From Candidatus Delongbacteria bacterium (GTDB taxonomy: Bacteria; UBA4055): 50,415 bases of DNA. The stretch is taken from positions 1 through 50,415 of the forward strand of contig SLFX01000034.1 in assembly GCA_007124045.1 (NCBI GenBank). The letters are read 5' to 3'. Below the pieces are notes generated by a model. The model was not told where the DNA came from, did no database searches, and was given only the letters and a program-made list of their open reading frames with translations. Each line of letters begins with the position of its first letter. The first letter of the stretch is position 1. Below are positions 26,973-35,747 of the stretch, in pieces. A program made the position numbers and the translations under genes.

Positions 26973-27695
26973 CTACAAATTGTTTTTTAAGAGCTGATCT
27001 GCGGGAACGGCTCCGAAATCTTTTGCGGGAACTCCCGCAAAAACCCGTCCGGCAGGCACATCTTTCGTCACGACCGATCCGGCGGCGACCATTGCGTCCT
27101 CACCTATTGTTATGCCCGGAAGAATAGTCGCATTTACTCCTATCCTGCCACCGTCTTTTACTGTGATGCCGCGAAAATGTTTGAACCTTTCCTTTGACCT
27201 GCCGGCAAAATTGTCGTTGCTCGTGGCAACGCACGGCGCGATAAAGCAGTAGTTCCCGATCTCTGAAAGGGCTGTTATGTAGGCATTGGACTCTATTTTG
27301 CACTTTTTCCCTATAGTACATTTAGACTCGATCAAGACCCCCCTTCCGATAATCGTCATCTCCCCCACCTTCACGCCGAACTGGACCGCCGCCTGATCTG
27401 CGACAAGAACTTTATCGCCGATCTCTGCGCCTGCGTAAATAACAACTCCGGCGCCGATAAGAACGCCATTGCCGATCTTTGCCGGCGGAAGAACTTCATC
27501 GGTCGCCATCGCTGAATTGGGCGACTTCAGTTTCTTCTTCCCGATAACCGTGTTGTCATCGATCCTTACATTTTCCCCAATAACCGTACCGTCATGGATA
27601 ACCACATTATGACCTATTATGCAGTTTTTACCGAAAATTACATCTTTACCTATGAAGACATTCGATCCCTTTGCAGACAAATTCAACTCACTCAT
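26973..27695 (-). CDS. Left-handed beta-helix (hexapeptide-repeat) acyl/acetyltransferase
   Basis: 240 aa of [LIV]-G-x-x-x-x hexapeptide repeats (IGKDVIFGKNCIIGHNVVIHDGTVIGENVRI...). Co-oriented with gmhA, 9 nt apart. Confidence 0.8.
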   Translation of the reverse strand: MSELNLSAKGSNVFIGKDVIFGKNCIIGHNVVIHDGTVIGENVRIDDNTVIGKKKLKSPNSAMATDEVLPPAKIGNGVLIGAGVVIYAGAEIGDKVLVADQAAVQFGVKVGEMTIIGRGVLIESKCTIGKKCKIESNAYITALSEIGNYCFIAPCVATSNDNFAGRSKERFKHFRGITVKDGGRIGVNATILPGITIGEDAMVAAGSVVTKDVPAGRVFAGVPAKDFGAVPADQLLKNNL

Positions 27696-27835
27696 TCCAT
27701 TCTCCGCAGCTTTTTGTGTAAATATATCAATAATCCTCTCTGTATGCTAAATAAAAATGAACAAAGAAAATTGTTTTATTATCCTGTTTAGAGCATTATA
27801 TTAATGGCGCAATTCAAAATCAAAGGAGAGTTTTA

Positions 27836-28843
27836 ATGTCAAAAATATCAGATACGGTCAAAATAAATGAAAATACTGTAAAAAACAGAATACTTATGCC
27901 TGCTATGGTCTGCTTCAACTGGTCGGATGCTGAAGGTTATGAGACGGTTGACAGAGCGGATCATTACGGCAGAAGAGCCAAGGGGGGAACGGGAATTATC
28001 GTGATCGAAGCGACAGCGGTATCGAAAGACGGCAGGATAACAGAAAAACAGCTCGGGCTCTGGGAAGACGGCCACATTGACCAGTTCGCAAGGATAGCCG
28101 ACGCCTGCCACAAAGAAAACTGCGCGGTGATAGTTCAGCTGGCTCATTCCGGAAGAAAAGAACCTGCCGGCAGACATTGTAACGGCTTAAGCGAAAACGA
28201 TGTAGCAGTAGTAAAACAGGATTTCATAAGTGCGTCGGTCAGAGCAAAAAAGGCGGGACTCGACGGCGTCGAAATTCATGGAGCGCACGGATTTCTTTTA
28301 AACCAGTTCGCTTCTAAAAGTTCGAACGAACGGAGTGACAAATACGGCGGATCTCTCGATAACAGGACTAAACTTCCTCTGGAGATCGTTCATGGAGTCA
28401 GAGAAGCTATAGGACCTGATGCGGTCATAAGTTACAGGTTTGGTGTCAACGATCCGACTTTTGAGGAGGATATATATTTCGCAAAAAAACTTGTCTCAGC
28501 CGGAGCGGACCTGCTTGATGTGTCGGCCGGCATTGGTTATGACGGGATCAAAGTTCCCGATGATTTCGGATTTTCAGCGATCACATACATGGGCAAAGTA
28601 ATTCATGATAATGTTGATGTTCCCGTCGCTTCAGTTTACGGTATAAGATTTCCTGAACAGGCAGAAAAGCTGCTCGAAATGGAACATACTGATCTGGTTG
28701 CTGTGGGAAGAGGAATTCTTGCGGACCCGGACTGGACGAATAAAGCGATAAACGGCGAAAAAATTACGCCATGTATCCGTTGCGAACCATGGTGCCTGTA
28801 CGGAAAAGACGGCCGTAAATGTCCCGGCAACCAGTACCGTTAA
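27836..28843 (+). CDS. Old Yellow Enzyme-family NADH:flavin oxidoreductase domain ending in a Cys-rich motif
   Basis: 335 aa. Motifs: IIVIEATAVS, VQLAHSGR and GLDGVEIHGAHGFLLNQFAS...SNERSDKYGGSL.NR. The C-terminus reads CIRCEPWC-x8-C. AAAGGAGAG Shine-Dalgarno. Confidence 0.85.
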   Translation: MSKISDTVKINENTVKNRILMPAMVCFNWSDAEGYETVDRADHYGRRAKGGTGIIVIEATAVSKDGRITEKQLGLWEDGHIDQFARIADACHKENCAVIVQLAHSGRKEPAGRHCNGLSENDVAVVKQDFISASVRAKKAGLDGVEIHGAHGFLLNQFASKSSNERSDKYGGSLDNRTKLPLEIVHGVREAIGPDAVISYRFGVNDPTFEEDIYFAKKLVSAGADLLDVSAGIGYDGIKVPDDFGFSAITYMGKVIHDNVDVPVASVYGIRFPEQAEKLLEMEHTDLVAVGRGILADPDWTNKAINGEKITPCIRCEPWCLYGKDGRKCPGNQYR

Positions 28844-28975
28844 GACCTTTTCAAGCGGTGCATTTCAAGTACCATTTATAATACTTTCACACCCGATTTT
28901 CAGCACTTTGTCCCTTTCTATTATGACATGACTCATATTTTATTATATTTCAAACAAATCTTTCAGGAGATCATT

Positions 28976-29128
28976 ATGCTGTCGAGAAGTATCAAGAATA
29001 TAATAAGAAGAGTAGAGAGCAGAGAGTTAACTCCGGATCAGGCCAAAGAATTGATAGCTCTTGAGTTAAGGTTTGAAATGAAAAAAAACCTGAACGCTAA
29101 AAGATCCTCAACAAATCTTTTTCTATGA
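28976..29128 (+). CDS. Small hypothetical protein (50 aa)
   Basis: ATG 28976 is preceded by AGGAG. The ORF is followed directly by a strong terminator. No recognisable family; coding status is unproven. Confidence 0.4.
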   Translation: MLSRSIKNIIRRVESRELTPDQAKELIALELRFEMKKNLNAKRSSTNLFL

Positions 29129-29132
29129 TATT

Positions 29133-29162
29133 AAAAAACCGCCTCTGATCCAGGCGGTTTTT
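29133..29162. terminator. Bidirectional rho-independent terminator between the small ORF (+) and ssrA (-)
   Basis: AAAAAA CCGCCT ctgatcc AGGCGG TTTTT: a hairpin flanked by an A-run and a T-run. Confidence 0.8.
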
Positions 29163-29170
29163 GACCTTTG

Positions 29171-29527
29171 TGGAGATGAGGGGAGTCGAACCCCTGTCCG
29201 AAAAAGCGTCCGAAAGGACCTCTACATGCTTATTACGCCTTTGGATTTAACCGTACCGGCTCCGGACGCACGCGGCACCTGCACGGCGATCCTGATTTGT
29301 CGCGCCATGACCCCTCAGGCGAGGATCAGAGCAAACCGGTTCGGGATGGCGTCCTTCCGACAGATGAACCGGAAATCCGGCGGAGAACGAGCTGCGCTAT
29401 CTTAGGCAGCTAATGCGTAATTATTATTAGCATTTATTGTTTTCACAGGACTTTTAAAGATCCACCTGCGATTATCTGCATGCAATCCAATCCAACGATC
29501 AATCCCGTCGAATCCACAAGCACCCCC
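29171..29527 (-). ncRNA. ssrA: tmRNA (SsrA), about 357 nt, tag reading frame ANNNYALAA
   Basis: The minus-strand 5' end is GGGGGUGCUUGUGGAUUCGACGGGAU and the 3' end is GGACAGGGGUUCGACUCCCCUCAUCUCCA (T-arm plus acceptor stem with a G3:U pair). The tag ORF is GCU AAU AAU AAU UAC GCA UUA GCU GCC UAA at 29431-29402. The terminal CCA is not encoded. Confidence 0.93.
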
Positions 29528-29540
29528 GTTGGACAGAGGT

Positions 29541-29569
29541 AATATAATACATTTTCACGGAAAAATCAA
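29541..29569 (-). promoter_or_regulatory. Candidate sigma70 promoter for ssrA
   Basis: On the minus strand: TTGATT (29569-29564), a 17-nt spacer, then TATATT (29546-29541), 13 nt upstream of the mature 5' end. It is bracketed by the 8-bp inverted repeat GGACAGAG/CTCTGTCC (29531-29538 and 29578-29585). Confidence 0.5.
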
Positions 29570-29699
29570 TCTTAAGTCTCTGTCCGTAATATATCTACTG
29601 ACCCGTATTCGCTTTTGTATTAATCCAAACAAAACTGTTTTATTCTCCCGTATTTTTTGTTATAATTCATAGTTAATAAAAAAAACAACGGAAGGACTT

Positions 29700-30191
29700 A
29701 TGAAAACAGCAATTTATCCCGGAACATTCGACCCTCTGACCAACGGCCATTTGGATCTTATAGAAAGAGCATCGAAACTTTTCGGTAAGCTCATCGTTCT
29801 TGTCGGAGAGAATAAATCAAAAAAGCCTCTTTTCGATGTAAAGGAAAGAATTTATATGATCGAACAGTCAATAAAACACCTCAATAATGTAACTGTCGAT
29901 TCCAACGAGGGCCTGACTGTTGAGTACGCCCGGAAACATAAGGCGAAAATTTTAGTTAGAGGCGTCAGGGCTTTTGCTGATTTCGAATATGAACTTCAGA
30001 TGGCGATAATGAACAGAAAACTTGACGAAAGTATTGAAACCGTATTTCTGATGCCCAAGAACGAATATTCGTATCTGAACTCGTCTCTGATAAAAGGGAT
30101 ATCCGATTTTGATGCGAATGTTAAAGATTTTGTTCCGGATGCAGTTGTGAAAATGCTTAAAACCAAAATGGGGAAAAATTATGGAAAATAA
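29700..30191 (+). CDS. coaD: Phosphopantetheine adenylyltransferase
   Basis: 163 aa. The N-terminus is AIYPGTFDPLTNGHLDLIERA. The protein also contains ILVRGVRAFADFEYELQMA and NSSLIK motifs. Confidence 0.93.
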   Translation: MKTAIYPGTFDPLTNGHLDLIERASKLFGKLIVLVGENKSKKPLFDVKERIYMIEQSIKHLNNVTVDSNEGLTVEYARKHKAKILVRGVRAFADFEYELQMAIMNRKLDESIETVFLMPKNEYSYLNSSLIKGISDFDANVKDFVPDAVVKMLKTKMGKNYGK

Positions 30192-31044
30192 TATCGTCTC
30201 CCGGGAAGAATTCAATGTTTACAACATCATTAGAAGGTTATGGGTCAACAGGTTAGTATTCGTATTGATAATTTCGGTTTTTTCTGTCGCGAGTATAATC
30301 TATTCCCTGGTAGTGGACCATGAGTATGAAGTTTCCGCAACCCTGCATCCCGCAGACGCGTCTGCGGAAACTACGATAAAAGACACAAGGTCTGTTATGG
30401 GTTTTGCAATGACCGGTTATTCTCACATGCCTGTAATGAATGATATCATGATAACTCTGAGATCTAATTCATTCTTGGAGAGAGTGTACGAGAATTTCCG
30501 TGACGATGAAGATGTCTTTGGAGACAGTCTGAAAGAAATTGATGACAATAATGATCATGATCATGCCGAAAGGCTCAGAAGGCATTCCGCACTTAGATTT
30601 TTACGAAAAGCTGTCCGTTTCAGTATAAATTCGGATCATAATACTATTGTTTTGTTCGTAAGACTCAAAAATAAATATGCGGCTTATGAAGTAATGGAGT
30701 TCATCATAAGTGATTTGAGAGATTATATCCGCACCAACAATATCAGTAATGTAGAATCGGATATAGTTTTTTATCAGGAAATAGTGGACAAAGCTGATGA
30801 CCCCAGAATACAGAGGGTGATAGAAAGAAAGCTCACGGAAAAATTTGAAAGAAAATTTGTGCTTTCATCAAATGTTTTCACAGTAGTTGACCGGCCCGTA
30901 ATTCCCGCAAAAAGAGTTTTTCCCAAAAGAAGCATGATCGTCATTCTTACTACAATTGCCGGAACTTTCTTTTCTTTCCTTGTAATCACGCTATACCCCA
31001 CTGTTCAAAAATTATACAAAATAATCAGAGATAATAATCCGTAA
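30181..31044 (+). CDS. Wzz-like polysaccharide chain-length determinant / co-polymerase
   Basis: 287 aa. An N-terminal TM segment after a short cytoplasmic leader, followed by YEVSATL, a periplasmic helical region and a C-terminal TM segment. It overlaps coaD by 11 nt. Confidence 0.6.
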   Translation: MENNIVSREEFNVYNIIRRLWVNRLVFVLIISVFSVASIIYSLVVDHEYEVSATLHPADASAETTIKDTRSVMGFAMTGYSHMPVMNDIMITLRSNSFLERVYENFRDDEDVFGDSLKEIDDNNDHDHAERLRRHSALRFLRKAVRFSINSDHNTIVLFVRLKNKYAAYEVMEFIISDLRDYIRTNNISNVESDIVFYQEIVDKADDPRIQRVIERKLTEKFERKFVLSSNVFTVVDRPVIPAKRVFPKRSMIVILTTIAGTFFSFLVITLYPTVQKLYKIIRDNNP

Positions 31045-31050
31045 ACTTTT

Positions 31051-32382
31051 ATGAACATGCCGGAAAGCTTTTATTATATCCTGCTTATCGCTGTTATTGT
31101 GCCTGTCGGTCTGTCCTGGGTAAAATCAGGAACGATCATAAACCCTGTCACATTCTTTAATTTGTGGTGGGGCGGATTCTTATTTCTTTCGACACTGAAT
31201 CTTGTGGGAATAAGAATACCTTCCATGCGGGTTTACTACATAGTTCTTCTGGCAATGTCAATGTATTCCACGGGATGCCTCTCATTTATCTCAGGAAACA
31301 ATATCAGTGACCGTCCATCCCTCTTAAAACCTGAAAAAACTGATGCCTTGCCTGTTAAGATGCAGGTTTTTATTCTGCTTCAAATAGCATTTACCGTTTT
31401 TCTGATCTATTACTCCAACAGGGCTTTTGCTATGATGCGAAGCATGGGACCTGATGCTTTCAGGGCGCTAATATACAAAGATGAAGGTCTTTTTGGACAG
31501 GATAAAAAATATTTTATGTTCATAGTGTCACCATATCTTTATCTGTCAGTAATACTGACTACGGCAGGTGTTATGACCAAAAAAATATCTAAGTATTTTC
31601 TGATATTATCCTTTTTCAACCTTATACTCTACAGCGCACTCACTGCAGGCAGAGCGCCTATATTTTTGGGTATAATGGTACTTTCACTGGGGTTTTTATA
31701 CAATCTAAACATCAGTAAACTGAAAATCCGTCCGGCCACGCTGATAATGATAGCGTTCCCTGTTATTTTTATCGTATGGATGAGTGCATTCAGAAAATCC
31801 ACTTTCAGAGCGGACACCAAATCCCCTCTTTATATATTTTTTGAGTATTTTGTATGGTACTTTACCGGACCGTTCACGGCATTCGATTATTTTATGAACA
31901 ATATGAATCAGGGTGCAGATTATCACTATTCGGCTGTCAGAGGTGTTTTTGCGGGAATAGAAGAACTATTCCTGCCTGTACTAAAAAGGGCTTTTCCCGG
32001 TTTTTACGGGATAAATGAGAGTTTCCACGAATTTACAAGAATTTACAGACCTATGGGAGGTCCCGCAACACACCACAACTCGCATTTTACTATGCTTTAT
32101 ACCTTCATGAGAGATGCAGGCTATCTGGGAGTAATGATTTTTTCCTATATTTTTGGAGCAGTTAACGGTATCATGTTCAGTCTTTTCTTAAAAAAGACCA
32201 CCATCGTCAATTTTTCGATGCTTCTCATACTTACATTCTTAAGCCTTATGGGAATAATGAGATGGGAATTGAGGTATGTGTGGTCATGGCTGACAATATC
32301 GGGAATACTATTAATTCCGAACAGATTCGTTTTCCGGCCTCAAAATCCGCCGGCAAAAATCAGCGGAACTGATAATGTATAA
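31051..32382 (+). CDS. Wzy-like oligosaccharide repeat-unit polymerase (polytopic membrane protein)
   Basis: 443 aa with more than 10 TM segments. It sits between the Wzz-like and Wzx-like genes. There is no strong motif, so the call rests on topology and context. Confidence 0.55.
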   Translation: MNMPESFYYILLIAVIVPVGLSWVKSGTIINPVTFFNLWWGGFLFLSTLNLVGIRIPSMRVYYIVLLAMSMYSTGCLSFISGNNISDRPSLLKPEKTDALPVKMQVFILLQIAFTVFLIYYSNRAFAMMRSMGPDAFRALIYKDEGLFGQDKKYFMFIVSPYLYLSVILTTAGVMTKKISKYFLILSFFNLILYSALTAGRAPIFLGIMVLSLGFLYNLNISKLKIRPATLIMIAFPVIFIVWMSAFRKSTFRADTKSPLYIFFEYFVWYFTGPFTAFDYFMNNMNQGADYHYSAVRGVFAGIEELFLPVLKRAFPGFYGINESFHEFTRIYRPMGGPATHHNSHFTMLYTFMRDAGYLGVMIFSYIFGAVNGIMFSLFLKKTTIVNFSMLLILTFLSLMGIMRWELRYVWSWLTISGILLIPNRFVFRPQNPPAKISGTDNV

Positions 32383-33829
32383 AACAAATCTGATAAACCT
32401 GGCTGTCAGCTATACCGGTTTGTTTCTTGGTCTTTTCAACACATTCATCAAACCAAAGGTACTCACATCTGAAGAGATAGGTATATTCAGCACTATTGTT
32501 TCTATAACTCTGATACTGAAACTCATTACCGAAGGCGGACTTTCAAGTGTTATAATGAGATATTATCCTGTTTATAAGAACGGAAATGACAAATGCAGGT
32601 TCGTTCTTTCCGTAACCGTTTTGTCTTATGCAATACTCGGATCATTCATTTTTCTTCTTTTTCTTTCAAAAGGTTTTCTCAGCTCATATTACGGTAACGG
32701 TTCCATCGACGAATATTTCTTTCTTCTTCCTTCATTTTTGTTTCTTTCACACGGTTTGGACTTAACGGAAAGATTTTCAAAAGTTCTCTTCGTCTCGGTA
32801 AGATCCAACATCATAAGGAACATCTACTTCAAAGCCGCAAATGGAGCCTTTCTTTTTTACATGCTCTTTTTTCAGATAAGTTTCAAAAGTTACATTATCT
32901 TTTTTATAATTATTAACACTTTTACTTTTCTGATGATGATGCGACTTATTATTCCCACACTAAATATAAAGCCCGTATTAAAAGATATTATTCCCGACAT
33001 GTCGATCATAAGAAATTTCAGGACCTATGCTTTTTTTATGATGGTATCCGCTTTTTCCGCGACAATGGTGAGCAATATTGACAGGATCATGATCGGTCAT
33101 TATCTTGATTTCAGCAAAACCGGAATATATACTATTTCTGCAGCATTGGCAGGAACTCTACTGTTAATATTCAATTCCTTTGCAAGAACAGCACAACCAA
33201 AACTTTCAGAACTTGTTCAGTCTGAAAAATTTGATGAAGTAAAAAAAATATATAGAGAAAATCTGTATGATAATCTGCATTTCGGAATAGCTCTTTTTAC
33301 AGCTCTTTCTGTTTTCTCAATTGATATTCTTTCGATTTTCGGTGCTGAATATAAAGAAGGTGTGTCGGTTATCATCCTTATAGCTTTCGGGCAGCTTCTT
33401 AATATATCTTCAGGAATGTGCGGTGAAATAATTTCATTATCCGGATTTTATAAATTTGATTTTTACTCCAGAATAAGCCTTATATTGATAGTCATAATCT
33501 CAAATGCCGTATTTATTCCCGCATACGGAATAACGGGAGCTGCCATAGCCACTGCCTTTAATATTCTTATGTATTCTGGCCTTAAAATATATTATGCCTT
33601 CATAAAATTCAAAATTCATCCTTTCACAAAAAGAACACTGTCTTTTTACACCGCAGGATTTTTTGCCGCGCTCTTAATGGTTTCGGCAAGACCGCTGACA
33701 GAGAAAAATATTACAGGTATAATTCTTATATCTGCTTCCGGATTCTTGTTTTATGATTTTTTACTCGGTACATTGTTCAGATATAAAAATTCAGTTATGT
33801 TAAGAATAATAAGAAAAACAGGCCGTTAA
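32375..33829 (+). CDS. Wzx-type polysaccharide flippase (MOP superfamily)
   Basis: 484 aa with about 12-14 TM segments and the typical length and charge pattern. It overlaps the upstream gene by 8 nt. Confidence 0.65.
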   Translation: MYKTNLINLAVSYTGLFLGLFNTFIKPKVLTSEEIGIFSTIVSITLILKLITEGGLSSVIMRYYPVYKNGNDKCRFVLSVTVLSYAILGSFIFLLFLSKGFLSSYYGNGSIDEYFFLLPSFLFLSHGLDLTERFSKVLFVSVRSNIIRNIYFKAANGAFLFYMLFFQISFKSYIIFFIIINTFTFLMMMRLIIPTLNIKPVLKDIIPDMSIIRNFRTYAFFMMVSAFSATMVSNIDRIMIGHYLDFSKTGIYTISAALAGTLLLIFNSFARTAQPKLSELVQSEKFDEVKKIYRENLYDNLHFGIALFTALSVFSIDILSIFGAEYKEGVSVIILIAFGQLLNISSGMCGEIISLSGFYKFDFYSRISLILIVIISNAVFIPAYGITGAAIATAFNILMYSGLKIYYAFIKFKIHPFTKRTLSFYTAGFFAALLMVSARPLTEKNITGIILISASGFLFYDFLLGTLFRYKNSVMLRIIRKTGR

Positions 33830-33831
33830 AC

Positions 33832-34875
33832 ATGCAAAAATTATTCATGATCACGAACAGTTGCGGAAAAATCCCCCAAAAGCTCAATGAGACCGATCCG
33901 ATATCTGCAGATACTATTAAAGAATATTTCTTAACCAACGGGTTTTCAGTGACAGTAATGACATATGACGAACTGGCAAACTCTGTTTCTTCGATGATCA
34001 GAGAAATTAAGAATGCTTATTTTTTCTGCGCCAGCTCGCAGTATCCGGACTATTTTTCATCCGTTGAGGATGTTCTTATTACTATTGAAAAATGCGGAGG
34101 AATTCTTATACCGGGTTTTATTCATTACAGGGCTCACGAGAACAAATATTTTCAGGAAATAATAAAAAAGAAGCTGAATATACAAGCACCCGATTCCGTC
34201 ATTCTAAGCAGTTATCCTGAAGGAATTGAAACAATAGAAAAGTTAAAATTTCCTGTCGTCGGAAAACTTTCATCCGGATATGGAAGCCGCAGCGTGGAAC
34301 TCCTCAGCGATAAAAGATCGGCCGAATTATATATCGAAAAAAATATGAAAGGCATATTGAAGCTGAGAAAGAACATTCTCAAATACATAAGGTATAGAAA
34401 AAAGCTTAAAGGAAAACATCCTCTAAAAGCAGGAAAAATAATACTTCAGGAATATATTTCCCATCCCGGTTTCGACTGGAAAATACTGGTTTTCGGAAAC
34501 AAAGTCTTTTATTTGAAAAGATATGTAAAAAATAATGACTTCCGGGCTTCCGGAAGCGGGAATTTCGACAACACTGCCAGGCCTTCGGATGAACTGATCC
34601 ATTTCGCCTTCTCAGTAAAAGAAAAACTTGACACCCCCTGGGTTTCGCTCGATGTAATAGAGAGCGACGGGTCTTTTTTTCTGATCGAATATCAGTGTGT
34701 GCATTTTGGAATGTACACTGCTGTCAACAGTGATTCGTATGTTGAGATGACAGCAACCGGAATTAAAGAAAAAAACGGCAGAACAGATATCGATCTTTTA
34801 TTCGCGGAGGAACTATATAATTATATCTGTGAAATAGAAAATATGAAAAACAAAGAAAAGTTAACCCATGACTAA
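33832..34875 (+). CDS. ATP-grasp domain protein inside the polysaccharide locus
   Basis: 347 aa. Motifs: FPVVGKLSSGYGSRSVELL, ILQEYISHPGFDWKILVFGNKVFYLKRY, NDFRASGSG and SLDVIESDGSFFLIEYQ. This pattern resembles RimK-type ATP-grasp enzymes. Confidence 0.65.
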   Translation: MQKLFMITNSCGKIPQKLNETDPISADTIKEYFLTNGFSVTVMTYDELANSVSSMIREIKNAYFFCASSQYPDYFSSVEDVLITIEKCGGILIPGFIHYRAHENKYFQEIIKKKLNIQAPDSVILSSYPEGIETIEKLKFPVVGKLSSGYGSRSVELLSDKRSAELYIEKNMKGILKLRKNILKYIRYRKKLKGKHPLKAGKIILQEYISHPGFDWKILVFGNKVFYLKRYVKNNDFRASGSGNFDNTARPSDELIHFAFSVKEKLDTPWVSLDVIESDGSFFLIEYQCVHFGMYTAVNSDSYVEMTATGIKEKNGRTDIDLLFAEELYNYICEIENMKNKEKLTHD

Positions 34876-35740
34876 TCCGCAGTTTGAGATATCTGTTATT
34901 ATGTCGGTGTACAACAGCTCCGCATACCTGAGAACAGCCGTCGAAAGCATACTGTCACAGACATTCAGTGATTTTGAATTTCTTATTACCGATGATTGTT
35001 CTGATGATGATTCCTATTCTATTCTAAAAGCATACGAAGCAAAGGATAAGAGAATCAGAGTTTTCAGAAACGATAAGAATCTCGGTCTTACGGTAAATCT
35101 GAATAAAATGACCGAAAGATCGAACGGTCGTTATATTGCCAGAATGGATGCGGACGACATCTCTTTTCCGGACAGATTTCTGAAGCAGATAAAACTTTTT
35201 CAGAAAGAGAATGATACCGACATTGTTTTTAGCGATTCTATTTATATTGACGGTAGAGGTCACGAGATCTGCAGAGCCTGGACACCCGGAAATTTGAACA
35301 AAATACTGAAGTCTCTTAAGCATGACTGCTATATTCCGCATCCTTCCGTAATGATAAAAAAGAGCGTTCTTGTTGAAAACAACGGCTATAATGAGAAATG
35401 CCGAACCGGTCAGGATAAAGAACTGTGGCAGAGACTGCTCAATAACAATGCTGTTTTTAAATATATAAATGAGCCTCTAATATATTACAGAATAAACCCG
35501 GAAGGAGTAACCACACTCAAAAAACGCGGAAATGACCATGATTTCAGACTTGCAAAAGTATTGATCAATAACAGACAAAAAGCTAAAGCGCTGAGATTTT
35601 TTTTGAGCAACTTCCGCGGCTTCAGTTTCAAACAAAAATTTTCATTGCTTATTAAGCTCTTGCTGCCGGTCAGATTAAGGTATTATATAGCTGTATTGAG
35701 AGGAAAAAAAAGCCGTTTCGAGAACAATAATTTCATCTAG
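34868..35740 (+). CDS. Family 2 glycosyltransferase
   Basis: Motifs: ISVIMSVYNSSAYL, ITDDCSDDDS, ARMDADDIS and a later QDKELW. Confidence 0.85.
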   Translation: MTNPQFEISVIMSVYNSSAYLRTAVESILSQTFSDFEFLITDDCSDDDSYSILKAYEAKDKRIRVFRNDKNLGLTVNLNKMTERSNGRYIARMDADDISFPDRFLKQIKLFQKENDTDIVFSDSIYIDGRGHEICRAWTPGNLNKILKSLKHDCYIPHPSVMIKKSVLVENNGYNEKCRTGQDKELWQRLLNNNAVFKYINEPLIYYRINPEGVTTLKKRGNDHDFRLAKVLINNRQKAKALRFFLSNFRGFSFKQKFSLLIKLLLPVRLRYYIAVLRGKKSRFENNNFI

Positions 35741-35747
35741 AGATATA

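Noticed and set aside
28844-29700. A genomic island or prophage integrated at ssrA
   Set aside because: I found no integrase, excisionase or phage genes on either side. I spotted no second copy of the ssrA 3' end by eye. The flanking genes are housekeeping (an OYE enzyme and coaD).
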